Positions 53,335 through 64,000 of a stretch of DNA of 64,000 bases are shown in pieces. Position 1 is the first letter of the stretch, and each line of letters begins with the position of its first letter. This DNA comes from Eledone cirrhosa (taxonomy: Eukaryota). The DNA is taken from NCBI GenBank assembly GCA_964016885.1, contig OZ024753.1, positions 22,692,001 through 22,756,000 of the forward strand, in the 5' to 3' direction. The translations under genes and the position numbers were made by a program. The notes beneath the pieces are model-generated. The model did no database searches, was not told the origin of the DNA, and was given only the letters and a program-made list of their open reading frames with translations.

Positions 53335-56300
53335 GTTATTGTTATTCCTTGAATCTCAGTCATTGATGTTGGTTAACTGGAAAGTCCGTTGGATTGAATA
53401 TCAAGCCACTACCTGCAGCCTCAGATATTCAGGACGTATCGGAGGGTTCTTGCTGTTCCAAGCAAGCATGCCTTTTGAAGCGTTCCAAAAAGCGTGAAGG
53501 GGCCGATTTTCTTTAACCATCCCTGGAAACTTTTGGAGATAGTCCCCAGTGCGCCTATGACAATCGGGATCACTTTGACTTCATGGCAGTTCCAAATCCT
53601 TTTCACCTCCCACTTTAGGTCCTGGTATCGGTTAATTTTCTCCCTCTCCTTCTCTTGCACTCTCGTGTCGAACGGGCAGGCCACATCCACAATCAGGCAC
53701 GATCTTTTTTCTTTGTCCACAACCACCAGGTCAGGTCTATTGTGTTCCAGTTTTTTGTCCGTCTGTATCCTAAAATCCCACAGCACCTTCACCTGATTGT
53801 TCTCCATCACCGCCTCTGGCCTATGCTCATACCATTTCTCAGAATGTGGTAGATTGTTTACTTTGCACAGGTGCCAGTGGATCACCCTGCCCATCACATC
53901 GTGTCTCCAGCCCTTATAGTGGGTCTGGGCTAGGTATTTACACTCGGATACAATGTGAGCCACAGTCTCCTCTCTCTCTCCACAGATCCTGCACAGTGGG
54001 CTAGCCTCCTCCTTGTAGATATGGTGCTTCAACCACTTCGTTTTGAGGGCCTGCTCCTGCGCAGCCATTAGCATTCCTTCTGTAGCCTTTTTGAGGTCTC
54101 CTCTTCTCAACCAGTTCCATGTCTGTGGATCTCTAAATTCAGTTTTCTCAAAGAAGGTACTATGAAGGGATTTTCCCTTAAGGCTGCTCTTCCTCCTTGA
54201 TGTTATTTCCTCCTTGGACATCCCTGGCCTACTGTCCCCTCCTTCAGTACAGTTCTGAGCATTGGCTCCTTACTATAGGTCACGTATTTGTATAGGTTGT
54301 TTTTCTCCATCTGAACACAGTCCTCTATGCTGATAAGACCTCTTCCACCCTCAGATCTCCTTAGGTAGAGTCTATCGACATCACTCCTCTTGTGGAACAT
54401 GTTGTAGATAGTCAATAGCTTCCTAGTCTTCCTATCCATTTCTTTTTGTTCAGCAACATTCCATCTCAGAATTCCCGCACTGTACCTAATAATAGACACA
54501 GCTCGGGAATTTACTGCGCTTATGGCATTTCTGCTGTTCAGATGTGACTTCAATACGCTCCTTACTCTCCGAATGTATTCAGTTCTTAACAATTCCTTCA
54601 TTTTTTTTGTTCTTTATGCCATCAGCCTCCAGAACGCCCAAATACTTGTATCCTTCCTCAGAGTCAATTTCCTTTATCATCTCACCTGTTGGTATCTGGA
54701 TCCCGTTACTTCTGCTCAACCTACCCCTCTTCATCACAATGACTCCACATTTACCAATACCAAACTGCATACATATATCACTGCTGAAAATACGGACAGT
54801 GTCAACAAGCACATCCAACTCCTCACTTTTCCCGAAGAGCTTAAGATCGTCCATGAAGAGGAGGTGATTGATGGTAAGCTCTCCCCTTCCCAACTTGTAT
54901 CCTGCTCTCACTTTTCGCAGCATAATGGTCAAGGGCATCAGGGCAAGGACAAACAACAGAGGGGACAGGCTATCTCCCTGGAAGATACCTCTTTTGATCT
55001 TCACGCTTCCCAAGGATACTCCAGTTGATGTCAGCTCTGTCTCCCAGGACCCCATACTCCTGCCTAGCAACTGTCTGATGTTATCTGCCACCCTGAAGAT
55101 CTCCAGGCTTTTGGTGATCCAGGAATGAGGCACCATGTCAAATGCCTTTCTGTAGTCTATCCATCCCATGGCAAGATCAGTGTGTCTCCTCCTGCAATTC
55201 CCCATTACCATCTTATCAATAAGCAACTGGTCCTTTGTACCACGTGACTTCTTTCGGCATCCTTTCTGTTCGTCCGGTAACAAGTTGTTTGTGTGGAGGT
55301 GATGGTAGATTTCCTCAGACACAATGCTCGTCAACAGTTTCCACATTACGGGCAGACATGTGATAGGTCTATAGTTGGTAACATCATTACCCTTGATTCG
55401 GTCTTTCATTATCAGAACTGTGGTACCTTTTGTCAACCACTCTGGCACCTCACCCGACACCAAGCAGTCATTGAACATGGCCGTCAGCTTCGGGTGGAGG
55501 GATGTTAAATGTTTAATCCAATACCCCTGCACACCATCTGGGCCTGGTGATTTCCAGTTGGTTAGTTTTTTGGCTTGCCCCTTAAGAGTTTCAACTGTGA
55601 TACTCAAATCAGTCTGTTGTTGTGCCTGTTCACCGATCTCCCTCTGTACTGTCTCAATCCACCCTGCCTGGGCATTGTGTCTAACATCCTGCTCCCATAT
55701 TCCTCTCCAGAATGTTTTAGTTTGTTCCGCCCCAGGGATCAAGTCGTTGCCTCTTTCTTTCCCCTCAAGCTGTCCAAACAGCATCTTCTGGTTGTTGTCG
55801 AACATGCGGTTCTGTTTATACTGACTGACTCTGTTCTCGTATCGCCTGATTTTTGCACTCTTTGCTACAATGCGTTGCTTCAATTCCTCTATGATAATAT
55901 TTAGCTTTTTACTCCTAGTTTTGTATTTTATTTCCAGTCTATTTTTAGTGCCTATGTTTTTTAGTGTCCCATTCAGTAGTGACTCAAGCTTTCCTATGTC
56001 ATTTCTCATTTCTCCGATTTGCCCACTCAGTCGCTTCTTCCACCACGGCTCTGCTCTTTCTTGTCTGTTGTTTCCTCTCGCTTTTATACCAAGTAGTTTC
56101 CTCACCGTATTTGCTGTTGCTTTGAGGATATTGTTGCACTGGTGAAGGCTCCTCGCCTCAAGGTATGGGATGACTTTGTTTACCTTAGCTGTTGTTTCTT
56201 TTAACTTTTTCCTGTCTACAAATCTTAGGTTCATAGGTCTCCCACTATCATTGTTCAATTCATCTACCACTAAATTTAGGATGTCAACCGAATCTTGTCC

Positions 56301-57040
56301 TAGCCCGTCAGCATTCATCTCCTCAGTGGCCGTATCTCTGTTCCAGGTATTATTTATCTCAGTATTCAGATCCTTGTCTGCTTCAGGTGGTTCCTCCGTT
56401 CTCAGGACCTCCTCACCTTCATTTCCCACCGGCTCGCTTATCTGGCATACTACACCCGCCATCTCCAAGCCATTCTCTCTGCTCAGTTCCTCCAGTTCCA
56501 GCTCGCTTATCCACCCATTAGTTCTTATTACCCGAGCCTGCCCGGCCAATTTTTGTTCATCTAATTTAAATAAACCAATCTCGTTCCAGATGTTATGCAT
56601 CCGTCTCCTGTAGCCCCTCTCCTTGGGGTTACTTTTCAGGTAGCATTGCATAACAGTTCTATTCAATTCTTTCGTCCAGTTGGTTCTGGCCCCTTTCCTT
56701 CTTCTTCTTCCTCCAACATCAGCAGTATTTGGTTGACAGTCAGGTTCCTGCTGCTGAGCCAGGGGGCACCTGTTGGGTGAGAGTCTGTCACATGACGTTC
56801 TAGTCTCCATTTCACCGTTATTCGAACTGTTTATGTTCGATATTTAAACACTCTTATCGAGGATTGGCGAATGTATAGTTACATAGCCATCTGTGGATCC
56901 GCCATCCCACTTGGCCCTTGTGTGGCATTATCGCCACGCTGTATACGAACACACATAAACAAACAAACACACAGGCAGAAAGGGCCCCAAAAATGAATAA
57001 GCATAAGTTTCATTGTAATGTAGTGTTCGAATGTCTGACT
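53284..57040 (-). mobile_element. R4/Dong-clade element, family B, full-length ORF with two frameshifts
   Basis: N-terminal Myb-like WTKELNRTVMQCY, RT (WKSPGPD, YRPITCL, EQKGC, WIDYRKAFD, IFQGDSLSPL, LFMDDLK), CCHC, RPDLVVVD RLE; ORFs 54579-56810, 54203-54601, 53421-54221; TAA tail 53284-53345. Confidence 0.93.
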
Positions 57041-57904
57041 TAGTTTTTGTTTTTTAAGTTTTACTTTTTCCCCCCTCTTCTCTGTCCGTCCGCCTGCTTC
57101 TCTCTTCATTCTTATTTTCTTTACGTTTTGGGGGTTTCTTTTTTTGTTTTTGTTTTTCTCTGTTTGTTTTTCTCGTTTTTGCTGTTGTTGCTGTGCTGCT
57201 TTGGTTTTGTTGTTTGTTTTTTCTTTTTTCTTTTGAGTCTATATATTTTGATATATATTTTGATGCCTTCCTCTTTGTTAGTAGTAGGAATTCTATAATG
57301 TGGAAGTAGCAGCCAGCAGGGGGAAGTGGGAGACTGGCGGCGGTAGCGATACTGAGACAGTGGTGGTGGTGATGTCGATACCGAGGCAGTGGTGGCGGTG
57401 ATGTGACCGTATTACTGTAGTGATGGTGCTGTAGCGGTGGCAGTAGTGAAGGAGTCAAGGGGTGGTGGCGGCGGTGATGGGATAGTGGTGGTAATGATGG
57501 CCGTAGTGAGCGGTGGCGGTGAGGGTGACAATGTCGTTATCTGGCTGTTGTGCTTAGTGTACACAGATGATGGGGTGGGTGGTGTATCTAGTTTCTGGTG
57601 TTGGTGAGTTTAGCTGTCCTATATAGTGTAGCCAGAGGAGAGGAGGGGGGGGGGGGGTTCTTCTTCTTCCATTTATAGCCATTTTCTTTTTTGGGTATAC
57701 AGTGTACAATACAAAGTTGAATATTTGAATATTTGAGCCTTTTAACAATATATTTTGGGTCCGAATTTTTTGGGGCTCAAGCCGGGTGCTTTACGTAGCA
57801 TTTGTACTAAGAGTTGTTATTTCACAAATGATTTAAATATGTTAAAAATTCAAAACTTACGGGAGCGATTTCATGACCTCCGTCACCTCGTGCGTCTTCT
57901 TCCC
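57040..57904 (-). mobile_element. Probable 5' end (5' UTR + low-complexity ORF1 start) of a Tx1-like LINE
   Basis: starts gggaagaagacgcacg right after (TAA)n; MAINGRRRTPPPPP; Pro/Thr- then Lys-rich A-rich tract like the ORF1 at 1992-2500. Confidence 0.45.
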
Positions 57905-59435
57905 TTATTATTATTATTATTATTATTGTTATTGTTATTCCTTGAATCTCAGTCATTGATGTTGGTTAACTGGAAAGTCCGTTGGATTGAATATCAAGCC
58001 ACTACCTGCAGCCTCAGATATTCAGGACGTATCGGAGGGTTCTTGCCGTTCCAAGCAAGCATGCCTTTTGAAGCGTTCCAAAAAGCGTGAGGGGGCCGAT
58101 TTTCTTTAACCATCCCTGGAAACCTTTGGAGATAGTCCCCAGTGCGCCTATGACAATCGGGATCACTTTGACTTCATGGCAGTTCCAAATCCTTTTCACC
58201 TCCCACTTTAGGTCCTGGTATCGGTTAATTTTCTCCCTCTCCTTCTCTTGCACTCTCGTGTCGAACGGGCAGGCCACATCCACAATCAGGCACGATCTTT
58301 TTTCTTTGTCCACAACCACCAGGTCAGGTCTATTGTGTTCCAGTTTTTTGTCCGTCTGTATCCTAAAATCCCACAGCACCTTCACCTGACTGTTCTCCAT
58401 CACCGCCTCTGGCCTATGCTCATACCATTTCTCAGAATGTGGTAGATTGTTTACTTTGCACAGGTGCCAGTGGATCACCCTGCCCATCACATCGTGTCTC
58501 CAGCCCTTATAGTGGGTCTGGGCTAGGTGTTTACACTCGGACACAATGTGAGCCACAGTCTCCTCTCTCTCTCCACAGATCCTGCACAGTGGGCAAGCCT
58601 CCTCCTTGTAGATATGGTGCTTCAACCACTTCGTTTTGAGGGCCTGCTCCTGCGCAGCCATTAGCATTCCTTCTGTAGCCTTTTTGAGGTCTCCTCTTCT
58701 CAACCAGTTCCATGTCTGTGGATCTCTAAATTCAGTTTTCTCAAAGAAGGTACTATGAAGGGATTTTCCCTTAAGGCTGCTCTTCCTCCTTGATGTTATT
58801 TCCTCCTTGGATATCCCCTGGTCTACTGTCCCCTCCTTCAGTACAGCTCTGAGCATTGGCTCCTTACTATAGGTCACGTATTTGTATAGGTTGTTTTTCT
58901 CCATCTGAACACAGTCCTCTATGCTGATAAGACCTCTTCCACCCTCAGATCTCCTTAGGTAGAGTCTATCGACATCACTCCTCTTGTGGAACATGTTGTA
59001 GATAGTCAATAGCTTCCTAGTCTTCCTATCCATTTCTTTTTGTTCAGCAACATTCCATCTCAGAATTCCCGCACTGTACCTAATAATAGACACAGCTCGG
59101 GAATTTACTGCGCTTATGGCATTTCTGCTGTTCAGATGTGACTTCAATACGCTCCTTACTCTCCGAATGTATTCAGTTCTTAACAATTCCTTCATTTTTT
59201 TGTTCTTTATGCCATCAGCCTCCAGAACGCCCAAATACTTGTATCCTTCCTCAGAGTCAATTTCCTTTATCATCTCACCTGTTGGTATCTGGATCCCGTT
59301 ACTTCTGCTCAACCTACCCCTCCTCATCACAATGACTCCACATTTACCAATACCAAACTGCATACATATATCACTGCTGAAAATACGGACAGTGTCAACA
59401 AGCACATCCAACTCCTTCTCACTTTTCCCGAAGAG

Positions 59436-59437
<2 letters not shown>
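57905..59437 (-). mobile_element. R4/Dong family B, 5'-truncated copy with uninterrupted RT-end/CCHC/RLE frame (58014-59438)
   Basis: near-identical to ~53345-54840; (TAA)n on both sides (57905-57940, 59437-59511). Confidence 0.93.
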
Positions 59438-59511
<74 letters not shown>

Positions 59512-59833
59512 GGATTTAATCTTTTATATTGAATATGTTGCTATATGGTTCAGATAATGCGGAGGATCATTATTGTCATTTATATTGTACAGATTTTGTA
59601 CAGGTATGTTTTTAGTGGTTGATATTTTGACTTGGAATTAAGCAACATTTCCTGCTAATAAAACTTTCTTTTGTCATTGAACTATATATATATATATATA
59701 TATACAAATTAATATGTATGTGATGAAACACAGATACCAACACATCTGTATATATATTGCAAGGCTTGCTAAACTGACCGGCCCGAAACTGCCTGGCGTC
59801 ACGATCTGGATTTTACATATCTCTCTCTCTCTC

Positions 59834-59914
<81 letters not shown>

Positions 59915-59919
<5 letters not shown>

Positions 59920-60470
59920 TTCAAATATTAACAAAATAGATATTATTGTGATCAATTAAATTTTATTATACATATTTCAGAGGTACTGAATATAGTTTAA
60001 CAGTACGTCCTCATCATATAAAATAAAATGATATATGACATACCCTGATATGTTAGATGGTTAAGATTTAATCAAGGTAGTGATTAATTTATGAGAAAAC
60101 TCAATATTTATACCCTAATATTGAGAACATGAGAAAACGTAATAGATTCAATAGAGAGAGTGTGAGTACGAAAAACATTGCCTTAATGCAACAGTTATAG
60201 AATTTGAAATACTACTATAGAAATATGGAAAGTATAGAGGAAGACGTATCTGAAGTTATAACTTATTTAGTATTTAGCTTGAGAAGACAAATGATAGATA
60301 ATTAAGGAGAGGGAGAGACAAAGGGGAGTAATTTATGCTCAAATTTCTTTAGACACACATAAACACATATAGCTTTGGCGGTTAAATTTCAAAATATTTA
60401 ATTTATGTTATTTCAGGATAAAGAATCAAAATCATTCTTTGATGTACTCATTGAATCTTCTTTAACTCTT
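59915..60470 (-). mobile_element. Inverted, diverged pLTR with damaged HHR (59960-60025)
   Basis: diverged reverse complement of 62740-62950; core reads ATGATGA. Confidence 0.7.
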
Positions 60471-60570
60471 ATATATATATATATATTTAAAGGTTAAACA
60501 AGGTTCAATGAATAAATCAATGAATACAGTTTTACAATAGAGTTTTACAATAGAGTTTTACAATAAAGTT

Positions 60571-62952
60571 TTACAACTTATATGGTCATTAAAAGACAAA
60601 AATTTAAAATACTCGATTTCTTGGTCCAAGCTGTGTAATGGTCAAATCTACTTGAATTCTTCAATATCACCTAACTGCAATCTGTGTACTATGGAGACCC
60701 TATTAATAATTACTAATTATGATAATTTAATTAACAAAAAAAGTGAATTATTCTCAAATTGCTTACATAAAGCTTCTTCTACATTGCAAGCCTCACAAAA
60801 AGTCAGGAAAAAACATTGAATAAATAAGTTTTGATTTTGACATTTTTTATCAACTGAGTGCGTAAAACGATACTATAACAGATTATACAATCTTCTAATA
60901 ATTTTTATTTATTTACGATATGATTAATGTTGGATTAAGGGTTCTACATAAACATATAAACTGTTAACATGATCTTTTGATGAGTATGCATATCATTTGA
61001 TTGTTTAAATACATTTAATTTTTCGGGGTTTATTGTATTTTTAAAATATATAGCTTATATGTTTGACAATTATATGGAATCGTAAACCATTCATTTATTT
61101 ATTTTGATATGTTGTTTTAAGATTCAAGAAGTTTGATTTATATATTTATGGTATATGTGTCGTACACGATCCTAGTCGACTAACTTTTTCCACTTAACTT
61201 GATGTAAAACTTTATTTATAACACTATTAACAGAAATTGTATTTATTATATGTATATAAGTGACTACTATCGTCTTAAACTTTAAACAGTATACTCTGTA
61301 TGTATTTAGACAAATGTGTATATCTAGTTTAATAATATCCTTTTTAAGTATATTTATAAGGCCTTTCGATACTTAAGGACATTCTAGTTTTATAATTGTC
61401 AATTATTTTCTAAATTATATAATGATTATTTTTTAATTTAACTTTTTTAATATAATTAAATTTTGATTACCTTCGGGTTGATGAAAATCTTAAGTCTTTT
61501 CTTTCTCATGTTTGCAAACACTTTAAATATGATATTATACTATAATATAGATCCTTAAAACTTTTCTTGTATTTTTAAATTATATAGCTTATATATTTGA
61601 CACTTATAGGATCGTAAACCATTCATTTATTTATTTTGAATCTGTGTTTTATGATTCATGAAGTTTGATTTGTATATTTATCGTATATATGTATTACATG
61701 ATCCTAGATGAATAATTTTTTAATATAATACTTGACGTAAAACTTTATTATTAACACTATTAACAGTAATTATATTTATTATATTATATATAACTGACTA
61801 ATATCGCCTTAAACTTTAAACAATGTACTCTTTGTATAAATTTAGACAAATGCGTATATCTAGTTTAATGATATAATGCGTATATCTAGTTTAAGTATAC
61901 TTATATGGCCTTTGGATACTTAAGGGCATTCTAATTTTAAATTTGTAATTGTAATTATTTTCTAAATTAAATAATGATTATTTTTTAATATAAAATCTCT
62001 TTAATATTAAAAAAAAAAATTTTAATATAATTTAATTTGGATTACCTTCGGGATGAAGAAAATATTAAGTCTCTTCTTTCTCATGTTTGCAAATACTTTA
62101 AATATGATATTATACTATAATATAAATACTTATAAATTTTATAGCCTTTTTATACCTTTAGATTAATTCACTATTCTAACTAACATAAAGATTCGAAATT
62201 TAACGGTCTTCCGGATGCGCTGGGATATATATATTTAATTAATTGACTATTTCTAATTAACTTAAGGATTCGAAAATAAACCGTCATATAACTACACCCA
62301 GATATATATTTGATATTTTGATTGATTGATTATTTTTAGCTAATTTAACGATTCGAAATTATTCATTCACAAAGCCATGCCCAAATATATATTTATATAG
62401 ATATATTTTTGCGTCATCTAATTATACGCTATTTATCCACGACAATACAAATCTCCCTCCCTATGTTTTATACTGTAAATATTATTTTCTCCTCCTCTCT
62501 CTATCCTTAATAAATTTTCTTTTGCTTTCGTTCATAAGATAATTCTATACTTCTAGTCACTCTCTCTTTCCTCATCTGTTTCTCTCTCTGTCTTTCACGT
62601 CTTCTTTCTTCAATAATTTAAATTATTTAAATTTCTAACAGTTATGTAGGTTTATATTATATTAGTAGTTGTTTATTATTATATATCTTTATAAGCTTTC
62701 TCACACGCACCCTCTGTATTATATGTACTTTTTTCATGTCTCAATCTTAAGGTATATAAATATTGAGTTTTGTACTATCTTATTCACTGCCATGACTGAG
62801 TTTTAACCATCTACTTAGTCAAGGTATGTCATGCATAATCTTATTTTATCTGATGAGGACGTACTGGTGAAGATAGCTCAGTACCTCTGAAATATGTATA
62901 ATAAAATATACTTGATCACACGAATGTCTATATTTGTTAATATTTTGAATTA
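60571..62952 (+). mobile_element. Naiad-like PLE 3' remnant: GIY-YIG C-terminus (60571-60819), long 3' UTR with internal duplication, pLTR
   Basis: hand translation LIWSLKDKNLKYSISW..CNLCTME..LINKKSELFSNCLH; ~61030-61560 repeated at ~61565-62135. Confidence 0.8.
62842..62908 (+). ncRNA. Type I HHR in pLTR
   Basis: tattttat-CTGATGA-ggac gtactg..cagtac ctct-GAAA-tatgta-TA-ataaaata. Confidence 0.82.
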
Positions 62953-62965
62953 ATATATATATATA

Positions 62966-63027
<62 letters not shown>

Positions 63028-63032
63028 TATAA

Positions 63033-63168
63033 CGAGAAAAACGATGAAGTTTATTTTACATGTAATTAGGTTTATTTCATGGATCGACCTCTTACGCACG
63101 TTTCGCAGAGGTTTGGCTTCACAGTAAAAACCTACATACATGTAAACAAAATGTCATCGTTTTTCTCA
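63033..63168. repeat. Imperfect ~135-bp fold-back
   Basis: gagaaaaacgatga / tcatcgtttttctc, tttacatgta / tacatgtaaa, taggttt / aaaccta. Confidence 0.7.
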
Positions 63169-63917
63169 GTATATACACTCTTCCGAGTGCTCGTACTGCT
63201 ACCACCATAAGATATTCACTGAATCACACTATATATATATATATACAAGAATGACATTAAGAAAAATTGATGATGGTAGTTGATGTCACACTAAAGAGAA
63301 AGTGGAATTGTTATCGTTGTGACGCATGTCTTTATATATCTAGCCAAATAACCGTAATGAAGAACAGGGTTTATCGTAAGATTATCCAATATAAAGATAC
63401 TTGAAAGGACAATTTTTGTTGTACTCAACCAAGCGTTGTATTTAATTTTACATTCATTTAAATAAATTACAATTAATTTCCTTCCACATTTCCTTTAAAT
63501 ATTATCAGACATTCATCAACGATTTTGCTCTATCTATCTATCTATCTATCTCTCTGGGATGGACACACGCGTATAACTTGCTGAGTAAGTTCTGTTTAAA
63601 TTTCTATAGAAATTCTTGTCTGATAAATTTAATTTTTGTACCATTTTGTAGAGGGACTGCCAGGTCAAACTTTGATCTGGTCAGTCTCTCAAAATATTCT
63701 ACGCCTTTAGGCGAAATAGTTAAACAAAAAAAAAAAAGTTTTTTCTTGTTGAAAAGTCAATATTTTTTAAATGGCCGAAGCTTCTTCACCAAAATTCGAA
63801 GGAGGAAAGGGGAAGATGAACTTACAGCTTCCCCCTGCCACTGTCACAGTAGCAGAGGTCAAGAAGAAAGGTCAGCCAGAGGAAGAATTCTCTCCACCTG
63901 TTAACCGACAGCTTGAC

Positions 63918-63931
63918 GTTGCCATGGCAAC
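63918..63931. promoter_or_regulatory. Perfect RFX X-box palindrome GTTGCCATGGCAAC
   Basis: exact consensus in non-repetitive-looking sequence at the window end. Confidence 0.55.
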
Positions 63932-64000
63932 AACCCAAAGAACCAGCAGCAACAGCAACAACAACAACAATGCGACGGACGAAAACAACACCAATAACAA

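Noticed and set aside
54522-56780. Plus-strand ORFs over the Dong element (and minus-strand ORFs over the Tx1 copies)
   Set aside because: Antisense shadows of the retroelement coding frames
63085-63130. HHR within the 63.0-kb fold-back
   Set aside because: GAAAcgtgcgTA half is present on minus but there is no CTGANGA

Overview
Repeat-saturated, AT-rich eukaryotic (metazoan) DNA, most like an octopus/cephalopod genome (inferred from repeat style: long (TA)n tracts, tRNA-derived SINEs, mix of LINE families). I find no convincing host protein-coding gene. The window is a pile-up of microsatellite-associated retroelements. (1) Penelope-like elements (PLEs, RT + GIY-YIG) of two types, Neptune-like and Naiad-like, mostly inserted in (TA)n and often with inverted pseudo-LTRs. 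(2) Three copies of one Tx1/L1-clade LINE. (3) A head-to-tail chain of R4/Dong-clade RLE retrotransposons joined by (TAA)n. (4) A CR1-group LINE 5' half, SINEs, a mariner MITE, Helitron-like fragments and two satellites (a pentamer-based higher-order repeat and a 46-bp array). The main unannotated signal is RNA-level: about 20 type I hammerhead ribozyme (HHR) motifs, folded by eye, from at least 7 sequence families. They include a near-homogeneous tandem array of non-coding 466/468-bp units with one minimal HHR each (48029-51046), a retrozyme-like / circRNA-type element. Dispersed relatives at 12.2 kb and 35.0 kb share a 'both 3' ends outward' inverted architecture in (TA)n. Element boundaries are read by eye and may be off by some tens of bases.
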